Assembly (NCBI GenBank): GCA_946965045.2
Contig: OX337228.1
Location: 6,262,001-6,326,000, forward strand
DNA from: Epithemia pelagica
Lineage: Eukaryota > Protista > Bacillariophyta
Direction: 5' to 3'
Length of the DNA stretch: 64,000 bases
Shown here: positions 48,038 through 57,914 of the stretch, piece after piece
How positions within the stretch are numbered: position 1 is the stretch's first letter
Layout of the letters: each line of letters begins with the position of its first letter
Notes under the pieces: model-generated
Told to the model about the DNA's origin: nothing
Seen by the model: only the letters and a program-made list of their open reading frames with translations
Databases searched by the model: none
Position numbers and translations under genes: made by a program

Positions 48038-48408
48038 TGGGTCATGACGCCTCCTCATTATCCTCGTCGTCCACTGGAACTTGTCACATGTCGTGGTGGA
48101 CCGCAATGGATTCCAAAGATGCAGTGGCACAGGACAATGGTACCGACCACACTGTCACAGAGAGGACAACGACAACGACCACAACAAGAAGTAGGGGAAC
48201 GCACACAAAGGATGCTGCTGCCGTGGTTCACCTTTGTATTGAACTGACCAGCCCTGTTCCTAATCGTCCGTTCCATCAACGTGATGGTTATCAAGTCCAG
48301 TGCTATCCCATTTCCTTCAGTATCCCAAACAATAAGCGAACCATAACCCTTTTCATCGATTGGAGCAAGAATCTTTGGTTGAAGAGGGGCCCTGTTTTGT
48401 TTACTTAA
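47947..48408 (+). other. Unassigned 153-codon ORF, possibly another gene fragment
   Basis: Open frame with protein-like composition that overlaps the end of the previous relic. No family recognised. Confidence 0.25.
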
Positions 48409-48518
48409 AGGGGAAGAATTTGCGGTTTGGATCGCCTCCTCCAGTTCCACCGTCAGGACTCCATCAAACATCCTCCAAGTTGTCTCAACAACGGCTCAGA
48501 AGAGTAGAAGAAACCAAG

Positions 48519-49379
48519 ATGAGTGACTACGACGACGGCTTCCATGGCGATGACGACGACCAAGATCCTCCTCCATTCATGTGATTGGTCACGAACATCC
48601 CTTGTTGCCACCGCTCTTACCATCCACGACGGTGGCTGCGGCTCGTACCAAGACTGTCCAACGAAGCAAGAGCAAGTCCTCGTCGTGGGTGTTGTCCTCG
48701 TCGTACTCCTCCACTGCATCCACCTGTTCGATGGATTCCGCCTCGATTGGCGAACGTGTCTCGCAACGCAAACGACGCTCCAGTTTTTCGACAGAAAGCA
48801 ACCACAACAACAACCAGGAAGACGACGAATCGCCCCTCCATCACTTTCATGGCTTGTGCGAGGACTATCACCGTGTCTTGGACAAGACGGCGGTGGAATA
48901 TTACGATGTCATAATTCCCAATGTCCTCCATCAAGCCCAATTGTATGTTCGGCATACCACCTTTCCACCGCCTCCCTGTCGACAACGCAGCAGCAGTACT
49001 GCCTTTGGACGGTCCCAGGAACCCCCTCTCTTATTGGCCGAACCACACGAGGACGCACAACGGAAGCAGCCGAATTTTTGCCTACACCACCTTTTGCGAA
49101 GCGCCGGGTCAGATCAATCCCAGTCAAGCTTGTCGCGTCTTTCGCAACCCTGGCGACATTGTCGTGGCCGTCAATGGCATTGCCACTGCGGACAAGTCTT
49201 TTGACGAAACGTGCCACTTGATCCAAGAACAATCGTACATGTTTTTGCGCATGGTTGATCTACAATGGTACCGGCAACGACGCCACCAACAACAAGCCCT
49301 ACGAGCCCAAGAACAACAAACCAAAAAGGCCCGTGGTAGAAGGAACCTGCACGAAGAGCAGGAGGATTCCTGGTGGTAG
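48519..49379 (+). pseudogene. Frame-disrupted PDZ-like domain gene
   Basis: Three successive frames (48519-48584, 48581-, 48921-49379). The C-terminal part NPGDIVVAVNGIATADKSFDETCHLI resembles a PDZ domain. The second shift could be an intron (48943-49018); the first cannot. Confidence 0.55.
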
Positions 49380-49581
49380 GCCCCCATGAAGGACTATCAG
49401 CAAAAGCCCACCAAGAACAAGCAGCAGCAGGAGGCTGACAAAATTGTCGTTATGCGGTGGATTCGAGCATCGATTCCATGGTCACGAAGCGAAGCGTGCC
49501 CGAATGGAGAAAAACACAGAACAACGTATGCCCAATCAGTAACGTGCAGGAGGCTTGGCCAAGGGCACCACTTCTCGCTCT

Positions 49582-49899
49582 ATGAAATCAAATATCCAAT
49601 CGAGAAAGGCTGGTAAGGCCGGTGGAAACATGGATCGTGACAATGTTTCGAGCGTCAACATACCTGGCGTCCCGGTAGACTTGCAGGCGACCAAAAAGAG
49701 TGGACCGATATCATCCATGAAGCGTGGCAAGGATTCCACTGTTTCTGCTCTCTTGGCCACTCCACGATCAACAGCATCCATGGGGCGATTTGACAAAATG
49801 AGAGAGGATGAACCAGAGCGCAAAAAGATGTTAAGAAAACAAAATACGAGAGTGCAACTGGAAAGAAGCTTTCGCAGAATGAACGAGAACGAAGTATGA
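49582..49899 (+). CDS. Small basic hypothetical protein or gene remnant
   Basis: 105-codon ORF from ATG 49582. No family recognised. Confidence 0.3.
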   Translation: MKSNIQSRKAGKAGGNMDRDNVSSVNIPGVPVDLQATKKSGPISSMKRGKDSTVSALLATPRSTASMGRFDKMREDEPERKKMLRKQNTRVQLERSFRRMNENEV

Positions 49900-50215
49900 A
49901 GGTGCTAAAGAGCGTAGTTGAGGGTGGTGGTGTTGAAAAAGGGAGAAAGATAAGAAAGGGACAGTATGCCAAGGGAGAAACGGCTCTCGACTACGAATAT
50001 GATGATGGACTTGGACCATCAAGTTTCCGGAAAAAAAGGGTCGCGCTGGTGTAGGGAAGGCAAGAAAGCTCACAAAGAAGCACATGAAGTAGCTTCAGCC
50101 ACTTCAACAGCAATTACCATTCATCCTCTCTGATTGTCAACTACTCCTAGGAATCGCTAGTCAGCAATGTTGTCGTGCATGTTCAAATGTTCCACTTGCT
50201 ATTGTTACCACTACA

Positions 50216-50641
50216 TGTTATATAGAAACATTTTAGCCGAAAAGCTAATCCCCTTGTTATTGATCAACCCAACACTTAAATACAGCAGGTAGGGAAGCGG
50301 AGGAATCAATGGATTCTCCAGGGGCAACTATGGCACTCTTCCCCAATGGCACAGAGACCGAAGTCTCCATGCCATACCTGATGACACAAGGACAAAGTCC
50401 TCGTGCCACCAGGGTTTTGTGATAACACAGAGACCGAAGTCTCCATGCCATACCTGGTGACACAAGGACAAAGTCCTCGTGCCACCAGGGTTTTGTGAAA
50501 ATTAGGAAGCCCGGAGGAATCAATGGATTCTCCAGGGGCAACTATGGCACTCTTCCAAGATGGCACAGAGACCGAAGTCTCCATGCCATACCTGGTGACA
50601 CAAGGACAAAGTCCTCGTGCCACCAGGGTTTTGTGATAACA
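50216..50641 (-). mobile_element. LTR-like element with TG...CA termini and internally duplicated 5' part
   Basis: 6-bp inverted termini TGTTAT (50216) and ATAACA (50636-50641). 130-bp units at 50298-50427 and 50512-50641 plus a 73-bp partial at 50426-50498. TATA-like GTATTTAAG on the minus strand at 50275-50283. No TSD. Confidence 0.5.
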
Positions 50642-50774
50642 CCGACAACCAACACACCGACAACCAACACACCAACACACCAACACACCAACACACCAAC
50701 ACACCAACAAACCAACAAACCAACAAACCAACAAACCAACAAACCAACAAACCAACAAACCAACAAACCAACAA
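50641..50774 (+). repeat. Compound microsatellite (ACCGACAACCAACAC)2(ACCAACAC)4(ACCAACAA)9
   Basis: Counted directly from the sequence. Confidence 0.97.
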
Positions 50775-50952
50775 GGACATATCCGACAGGGACTCTAGCT
50801 AGACTCAGCTGATGTAGGAGTAGGAGTAGAATTTTGCAATCGCTAGAAACAGAAGAAGGGGTAGAGTGAGAGTATGGAAAGATTCATAACCGACACGAAC
50901 GTGCGCACGTACCACTGGCAACCGACAACCGACATGTTATTTTTCTGTTTTT

Positions 50953-51768
50953 CTATTTTTTACCCGTACCCGCTGACAAAAGACGAGCGGATCGTCGAAC
51001 GTGCACCATTCCGTGTGCCTTTTTGGAGTAGGCAACAGTAAGGATTCTGCCCAAACGTGGGGTGTTCTCGAGGCCGGCGGAACTCTCGATCACGCTTTGG
51101 GGGGCATTCTCATCCATCTGAGGCGAGGTATCTTTTTCAGTGGGGGTGGGGGCGGGGGAAAGAGGGGTGGAATTTCGAGGGGGTGAGACGTGCCCCAGAG
51201 TGTTCTCGTCGTCGTTGTCGGGGATGAGCGCGGGTTCAGGCTCAGGACGGTCGACTGGAACTAGAGGGGTCTCCTCGTCGTCCTCGAGATCCTCTGCGAG
51301 TGCGAGAGGAGGGAAGTCCAAGTCAGCGTCGAACTCGCAAGGCAGAACAGCAACAGTGTCGACGTCGACCTCCTCCTCGCGATCGCAAAACTCCTCGTGA
51401 CGACGAGTCTCGCGTTGCTTCGCAGCAAGCTTTGCTTCGGCAACAGCAAGCTGTTGTTGAAGCTGAGTCTTTTCGCGTTGAAGCTTTCGCGCAGACCGCA
51501 CTTTCCTCACTCGAAGCGCCGCATTCTCGCGACGAAGCTTCTTGTAGGCTCCATCCTTCGCTGCAATTTCTTTTTGTTGCTTACGGATTGTTGCTCGGCG
51601 TTTCTTGTCAAGCTGTTCCGACCCAATCACCGACTCATGCAAGACGTAAGCGAAGCCGAAAAGCACCATTATCACCACAAAAGGAGCACAGAACTCAGCC
51701 CATTTCATCAGCTCCAAATGGAGCATGAGTAAGTTCGACAATATTTCGTAGATATCACACATCATCAT
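50953..51768 (-). CDS. Hypothetical N-terminal TM + coiled-coil + acidic/Pro linker protein ending in VRRSARLLSA
   Basis: Intact 271-codon ORF from ATG 51768. TM APFVVIMVLFGFAYVL, basic coiled coil, acidic linker, C-terminal LGRI...VRRSARLLSAGTGKK. Confidence 0.75.
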   Translation of the reverse strand: MMMCDIYEILSNLLMLHLELMKWAEFCAPFVVIMVLFGFAYVLHESVIGSEQLDKKRRATIRKQQKEIAAKDGAYKKLRRENAALRVRKVRSARKLQREKTQLQQQLAVAEAKLAAKQRETRRHEEFCDREEEVDVDTVAVLPCEFDADLDFPPLALAEDLEDDEETPLVPVDRPEPEPALIPDNDDENTLGHVSPPRNSTPLSPAPTPTEKDTSPQMDENAPQSVIESSAGLENTPRLGRILTVAYSKKAHGMVHVRRSARLLSAGTGKK

Positions 51769-51946
51769 GGTCAATCGTATTTCGTTCGTATTTTGTTTTT
51801 GTGCGTGTTGGATTGTTGCGTGTTGTTGTTGTTGGCGTTTCGTGTTGATTGGCGATCGGACCCTGGAGGTGCGAGGCAGCGGGGCCGGTTTAGAGCAGCA
51901 CAGCAATCAACCGTCCGGGCAATGTTGCAGGTACCTCTGCGGCGCA

Positions 51947-52384
51947 ATGGTCGGCAGCACTCAAGCGGTCGAAGAGGACACGGCCAACCAAGACGACGAC
52001 GACAAGAACAAGAGCAAGTCGATGACGACGACGACACAACAACAACAAAACGAAGAAGAAGACTATGACAACGAGGATGAAGAACACGAACCCTACTTTA
52101 ATACCAACGAAAAGCCGTTGCTGCGACGATTGCCCAAACGATTGCGCCACAAAATGTTGCCCTTTTTCGATCCAGAGTTCAAATCTGGATCGCCCTTCTT
52201 GTTTGCATTTTCCGTCGTGTTGGAGGCAGGAGCGGCAGTCTCGTGTTTGGTGTTCAAGGATGGCTTGCCATTTCTCGTGGGTGTTGCCTCTGGGCTCCAG
52301 TCATCATCGACAACACTCTCCTTGAAGGATTGGCAGAGCCTCTTGGATATTGATGCGGAACCCATGTCGTGTGTTTTAATTTGA
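51947..52384 (+). other. Unassigned ORF, probable gene fragment
   Basis: Acidic low-complexity stretch followed by a globular-looking segment (EPYFNTNEKPLLRRLP...). No family recognised. Confidence 0.25.
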
Positions 52385-53000
52385 AAGGGTCCAGTCCATC
52401 CCAGCAACACCCGCCAGAACAACCACGACGATGACCACAACAAGAACGACGCATCCTTGGAACGGCAACGACTCGAATGCAAAAAATAATGACATTGTCG
52501 CAATGGTTAGTTCTGTTTCAATTGCTTATTGCTCTTCTATGGAGTTCGAACAGTCCATTCTTCGTACAGGACCACGACAAGAGAGCAACAACAACAACTA
52601 CAACAAGGGGAGGGGAGATACACACATGTGCGCAAGTCGTCGCAAGAGGACATACAGTTGTGGAATTGGCCTTTTCGTGTTTCTCTCATTCCTGAAACTC
52701 TCATTGTTGTACTCGTACCACAAACAACAACACAAGCACAAGAACCACAAACACCATGTTTTCGGCCAATGAAAATTTGCAATTGCGGCAACACAAGCGC
52801 CACATTGTCAACAAGGTAGAATCGTGCATGCCAATCGAGATTGTCGAGGAAGGGTTGGTCAATGGCATGGTGATGCAAGTCACGTGTCGTTTCTTGCTGT
52901 GTTTCTTTCAGTGCGCCCAATTCTTGGTTCCGCATGTTATTCTCCACAGGTTCTTATGATTGTGCCTCACACATATGGATGGACGTATGTTCTCATTTTG

Positions 53001-53243
53001 AAAATTGACTCCCCACGGTATTTTGGAGACCATAGAGTTCCACAGTCACCACACGTCCCGTTTCGCGACATTCTGCTTCGGTCAATCGACCACCCGAAGA
53101 CGATGCCAAAAACCTGTTTGTTATTTTGCAACAATTATTCGTTACGAGACACTGATGACGAATCCTTCTTGTTTGTGGTCACGGCGGTCAAAAAACCATC
53201 TAATAGCTTGTCCCTCCATCTCCCGTGCCTGTGGGATGACAAC
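53001..53243 (+). repeat. Dispersed repeat copy B (about 245 bp)
   Basis: Direct repeat of 46945-47191, 6 kb downstream. Confidence 0.95.
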
Positions 53244-53299
53244 GACCAGAATTCTCCCAAGAACCAAATGGTGGAAACCCAGCAATGCCTGGAACGATT

Positions 53300-53882
53300 G
53301 CAACGCCGTTGCTGGTGAAACGGAACAATTGATGGACATGCCAGAAACTCAAGCATTTACTGCGGTTCTCGTTGCCCTGGCTTCGGTCGGAGCTCCCTGA
53401 TGCTGCGGAAAAGGCGCACAGAGGTTTGCGACATATGATGGACCTTGCTTTGTTGGGAAGATTTAAATGCTTTCCTAACCGTTATTCTTTTGCGGTTGCG
53501 TTCTGCCTGTGCCAAGTCCCCGTCACAAGCTGCAGGGAAAAGAGCTCTAAAGTTGCTGGAGGAGCTAAAGAGTGTCTCTCGCGAGAATAGCGATCCGTCA
53601 TTTGTCCCTGATCTCTTCATTAATGTTGATGTAGTGGTTACGTGTTTCCGGTCGATGAATATTAAGGATGGAGAGGACGCGATTCGGACTCTGTTTGAAG
53701 AGCTCCTATCGAAAGAGGCTTCCTTGTGGCAAAGCGGAGACCGTGATGATGCTGGACAAAACTCTGGCTTGTTGCGCAGATTACGTCGTGAGTTCGAATC
53801 GAGTCATTTCAAATACGACGAGTTGCTCTCGTTGCAGCTGGAGCAAGTCGAATCCATTGGGAAAGATGCTATGCGTCGATGA
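53300..53882 (+). pseudogene. Pentatricopeptide-repeat (PPR) pseudogene fragment
   Basis: PETQAFTAVLVALAS-GAP/DAAEKA..LRHMMDL..PNRYSFAV/SACAKS..AAGKRALKLLEEL..PDLF. There is a +1 frameshift at about 53395 and a second shift at about 53500. Confidence 0.75.
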
Positions 53883-54424
53883 GATCACTGATCATGAGTG
53901 CTGTGGTTGGAATGGATACTTCGATTTCGTGTTGACATCGTCTTGCGTTTCATTCCTTTTTTAAGAAGTCATGGCGAAAAGAACTTGGTAGCTGTTTTTT
54001 CCTTTTTGAATGTTTGTTCTGCAATCAGTCGAGCAACTCATGCAAGCAACAACAAGGTATCTTTTTGTATATGAGTGGGAGGTGGTAGTTCTTTCTCTTA
54101 TTTTCTGATTTCGTGGACATTGTCATGGTGGCTCTTGTTCGTTTTCCTGGAGACTGTCTTTTGGATTGGCCAGTCATCGTCATCCTCATGCTTTGTAGCG
54201 CGACCACTACAAAAACAACGACGTTTCTGCGCCCGTTTTTCGAGTCCCTCAAAGAAGCACAAAATCAAGGACGAAATGAACGAGGCTACAACAGACAAAA
54301 GACGGAGTTAAGGTCGAGAAGGACTCGGACGATTGGCCGCACCGCCAATGGTCCAATTCCTTTTTCATGGCTGATGTTGGGAGGAACCACATCTACTCGT
54401 CCAATCTTCCTCAGTCCGACAACC

Positions 54425-55150
54425 CTCCGTCGGATTGTCCTCGCAAGAGGATGCCGTGTGTCCCATTTCGCAGCACTTTTGTGGGACCATTCTTCCTTGC
54501 GCATGTCTGCGCCAATGGCGGAGCCAATCGTGTGTATCGAGCCACGGTGGATGCAACTCCAAACGATGACAAGAAGAAGAACAAGAGCAACGATTCCCTG
54601 CGATCTCGAATGTCATTGGGAGCGATTTGGATTCCTTGGAATTGCACGTGCTCACCTATTATGAACAGAAAGAGAATGTGGCCATTGTCGACAAACCGGA
54701 TCAGGATTGCAACGATTTGGATAAGAGTCTCAACTATATTTTGGAACCAGCGCCTCGAAGCGATAATAAGGACGACGACAAGACAACTACGAGCAACGAC
54801 AACCACGACAGTTATTCTGGTCGCAATTGTTGATACTATATATAGCCTTGGGAGGACGATTCGATCCAGAAATAGCCTCGATTCAAGCCTTATGTGTGTG
54901 TGCAGGGGACCAAAGATGCATCCTCCGACTCTGACTGCGCCGCGACGGGTGGCCCGTCGTCCTTGTCATCGAGTGGTTGTGGTTGTTTGCGGCGCGAAGG
55001 TCCCACCTGTGGCTTGATTTCATCTTGTGGTGTTTGTGAAACTGTCACAACGCATGGATTGCACTGGAATTTGCACCATCCAACGTTGCAATGTGGTGGA
55101 TTGGTGTCCACCTCGAATGCCATTCAAACCGTGCCACTCCATAGTTCGTC
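54425..55150 (+). pseudogene. TPK1: Thiamine pyrophosphokinase pseudogene
   Basis: TPK motifs in order across changing frames: LWDHSSL / VCANGGANRVY / DLDSL..YY..DQDCNDLDKSL / ALGGRFDPEIASIQAL / EGPTCGLI..VTTHGLHWNL..GGLVSTSN. Four frame changes. Confidence 0.88.
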
Positions 55151-55588
55151 TACCACGACACCCTTGCTACTCTCAATGGAATTGACGCAGCCGAAGCAGC
55201 AACACCAACCGACACCAAGAGATAGAGAAGGAGGAACAACCGGATGCGACCCGACGAGGCATCCGGACGAACCGTAAAATGTAAGGAAGAAGATGTTAAC
55301 AAGCATGTACTGCTCCTAGCGTTGCTTCATGATACTGACACAGATCCTTTCCACTTTTCTCCTCTCTAGAATACAGGTTCTACGCTGGGGACCCTTGCCC
55401 ATCACACAGACATGATTTTGAGATCAAGACTGTGCGGCACATGGCCTCACGCTCGCGCGTGTTGGTATAGCTTCCGAGTCCGGGAAGGACCACGTGAAGA
55501 TACATGCGACCCGAAAGCGACAGGTTTCTTCTGAGTCACACCATAGCTCGCTCGATCCAAGAAATTGCCGACGAAAACGACCTTGACC

Positions 55589-56080
55589 ATGAAGTTCACA
55601 CCGTTCCCTGCTTTCCTTTCTGGATTTGTCTTGGTTTGTTGGGCCCTGTTTGCCCAAGTGACAAGTTCCTTTGTCGTCATTCGACCCAATGATGGCGCGC
55701 ATCTGTCACAATCCAGCTTGATTGTCTTGCACGAACAGAACAACAACAATGGCGGATTGTTCCAAGGCGTGTCCAACTTTTTCCAAGAACTGGATGCTTT
55801 TATGGATGATGCCAGTGCTCGTCGACTGGGAAATGGCGCCGCCTTTTACGGGAAACGAAAATCCAACTTTTATGGCGCCAACGACAAGCAGAAAAAGGCC
55901 GATCGCGACATGCCCGATCCCACTGAAGATTATCAAGGGCCGACCAACACTGGCTTGTTCAAATGGATTCAAGACGAAGAAACAGGCCAAATGAAACCAG
56001 TAACACGAATGAAGAACAAAGTCATTGAACGGAATCCAAAGTTTTGGGATCGATTCTACGAGAACAACCCACAAGAGTAA
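55589..56080 (+). CDS. Plastid-targeted protein of unknown function
   Basis: Signal peptide ending TSS-F. Conserved-looking core DAFMDDASARRLGNGAAFYGKRKSNFYG. Confidence 0.82.
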   Translation: MKFTPFPAFLSGFVLVCWALFAQVTSSFVVIRPNDGAHLSQSSLIVLHEQNNNNGGLFQGVSNFFQELDAFMDDASARRLGNGAAFYGKRKSNFYGANDKQKKADRDMPDPTEDYQGPTNTGLFKWIQDEETGQMKPVTRMKNKVIERNPKFWDRFYENNPQE

Positions 56081-56669
56081 TAGAACGATACATTATCACA
56101 CCGAATATCCATTGGACGCAGTGGAAGCCTTCAGTACCATCTTTTTCATATGAGTGAGTATAGTTACGATACAGGTTGGTTTGCCCTTGTTTGTGCAAAA
56201 TGATGTGATTGCCAGCTACCTACTCCTATTGTACGAGTCCGTAGAGAGTAGATAACCTTATCCGTAGAGAGCAAAACTTCGTGCAAGAGATTTTTTCAAG
56301 ATGTTCCAGAAATCTCATGGGAGTAATCCCGAGCGAGTCCCCCGTTTTCAAGGATCATCTGGATTGGTCCAAAGGTGTCGCACTGTGAATGACTTTTACG
56401 TGACATCTTGTAAGGTAGGGAATCGCGTTGAAGTCTTGTTCCGTGAAGAAGGTCCCTCGACAAAGTGCGAAATGTGATTGACTGCAGAGCTCGGCGGTAT
56501 CCGTGATAGAGTATGAACGAATCACCGAAAGACATGTGCGATTTGGAAAGACTGCGTGAAGGAACGAGGAACCAGTTGCCCTCACATTTTTTGTTGTTGT
56601 CGGGCACAAAAACCGCAACTTGTTTGTTTGCCTTCATCACCCAGTCATTTGCCTCTTGCAGTCATTAGG

Positions 56670-57320
56670 ATGATCCACAACAACACTTTTTGTGAATCGG
56701 TTGTCGAACCGACGGCTTTGGTCATCAAAGCGGCACCTAGTCGGAAACGAGTCTCGTTCGCAACAATGGCAATGGTCCATGACTTGGACGCGAAGGAGCT
56801 TGTTCCGAGTAGTTGGTACGGAGAAGAGGAAATGAGCAATTTTCGCGACGAAGCTCGAGTCACCTGTCGCTACATTCGAAGCCTTGTGACCACCAATGAC
56901 TATTCGCCCACCGCGGTCGGTCCTTTACCCACGGGAGCCTTGGAGGAGGCCTTGTTTCGTTCGGAAGTAGCCGCCACAACAGCAACTCTACGGGGTTTGG
57001 AGTACAGAATATGTCACGAACGACAACGAAGAAAGTGCTTGGCCACCAAATGTGTCGTACGAGCACAAGTCAAACTCAATCCAGAAAGATTGGCCGCTTT
57101 GGCCCAACGGTGCAATCAATGGGCAACCAAGCTGGCACAAGAAGAAGCCATGCGAGATGTTCTCCGGGCACATGATGCAGAACCGCAATTTCAAGCCATT
57201 TCTACCACGTGTGCTTCCGTTCCTAGAAGGAGCCCAGTATCCACCCGGAAACACATGTTGGAACCTCTTGTTTGTGATGATATGGTGGGCCGACGAGTCC
57301 GCCCTCGCGTGTCAGCATGA
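56670..57320 (+). CDS. Diatom-type hypothetical protein (RVSF..V / WY..EE / RGLE motif family)
   Basis: Intact ORF with KRVSFATMAMV, SWYGEEEMSNFR and LRGLE..RQRRK, a motif order common in diatom hypothetical proteins. Confidence 0.75.
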   Translation: MIHNNTFCESVVEPTALVIKAAPSRKRVSFATMAMVHDLDAKELVPSSWYGEEEMSNFRDEARVTCRYIRSLVTTNDYSPTAVGPLPTGALEEALFRSEVAATTATLRGLEYRICHERQRRKCLATKCVVRAQVKLNPERLAALAQRCNQWATKLAQEEAMRDVLRAHDAEPQFQAISTTCASVPRRSPVSTRKHMLEPLVCDDMVGRRVRPRVSA

Positions 57321-57914
57321 GGAGGAGACACTCCTTCTTTGTACATAGACACACACATGAGACAGACACGAGTGATTTTGAAAGACACTCATGCTACGTT
57401 TGGGTTCATAGAATGCTTGCTATAATCCCATCTCTATTGTAAATTCGTTGAATCTTTTCAAATGCACCATTCTGACGTTTCATTGCCCGTATACTATACT
57501 AGAATTGCACTGTCCTAGTCGCATACTAGAGAATAGCATCGTTTTGGACTGTCACTATGATACTTCTTTGTTGGATAGGAGATCGCTACTCATGTGGTTT
57601 CATGTGCGGAACGTTGGAAAATCCTCATTCATCCAAAAAAGGCACCAGTACCCGATGCGTGTTAGTGAATTTTCCACGACCGCCTCTTATTACGGTTCAT
57701 TCGTCGCGCGACGCGACGGACTTGATGTAATCTCTATCGTACGAAAAGGAAGCACGTCGGAACATAAGTGAAATAGAAAAAAGAACAAACAGCGCACAAA
57801 CCTAGTTGAACAGAAAACCATACTACGAGTAAAAAGTACATGTGTTGAGATATTTAGAGCCATAAAATAGACCCATTGGCGGCTGTTGTTACGTGTGTTT
57901 GTTCGGTCTCGTGC

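Noticed and set aside
50298-50641. Repeated 73-130 bp units as a CRISPR array
   Set aside because: The units are too long, there are no unique spacers or cas genes, and the context is eukaryotic.
50703-50774. (ACCAACAA)n as a telomeric repeat
   Set aside because: It is internal, short, compound, and unlike TTAGGG-type repeats.
50306-50812. ORFs reading LVCWFVGLLVCW / TNKPTNQQ
   Set aside because: These are translations of the microsatellite and tandem repeat, not genes.
46420-55300. Frameshifts as simple long-read sequencing errors
   Set aside because: Flanking genes are indel-free, and the relics also carry nonsense codons, truncations and substitutions at conserved residues. A read-level check is still advised.
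46420-55400. Helitron or TIR termini bounding the fragment island
   Set aside because: I found no convincing 5'-TC / hairpin-CTAG-3' pair, long TIRs or TSD by eye, so the mechanism is left open.
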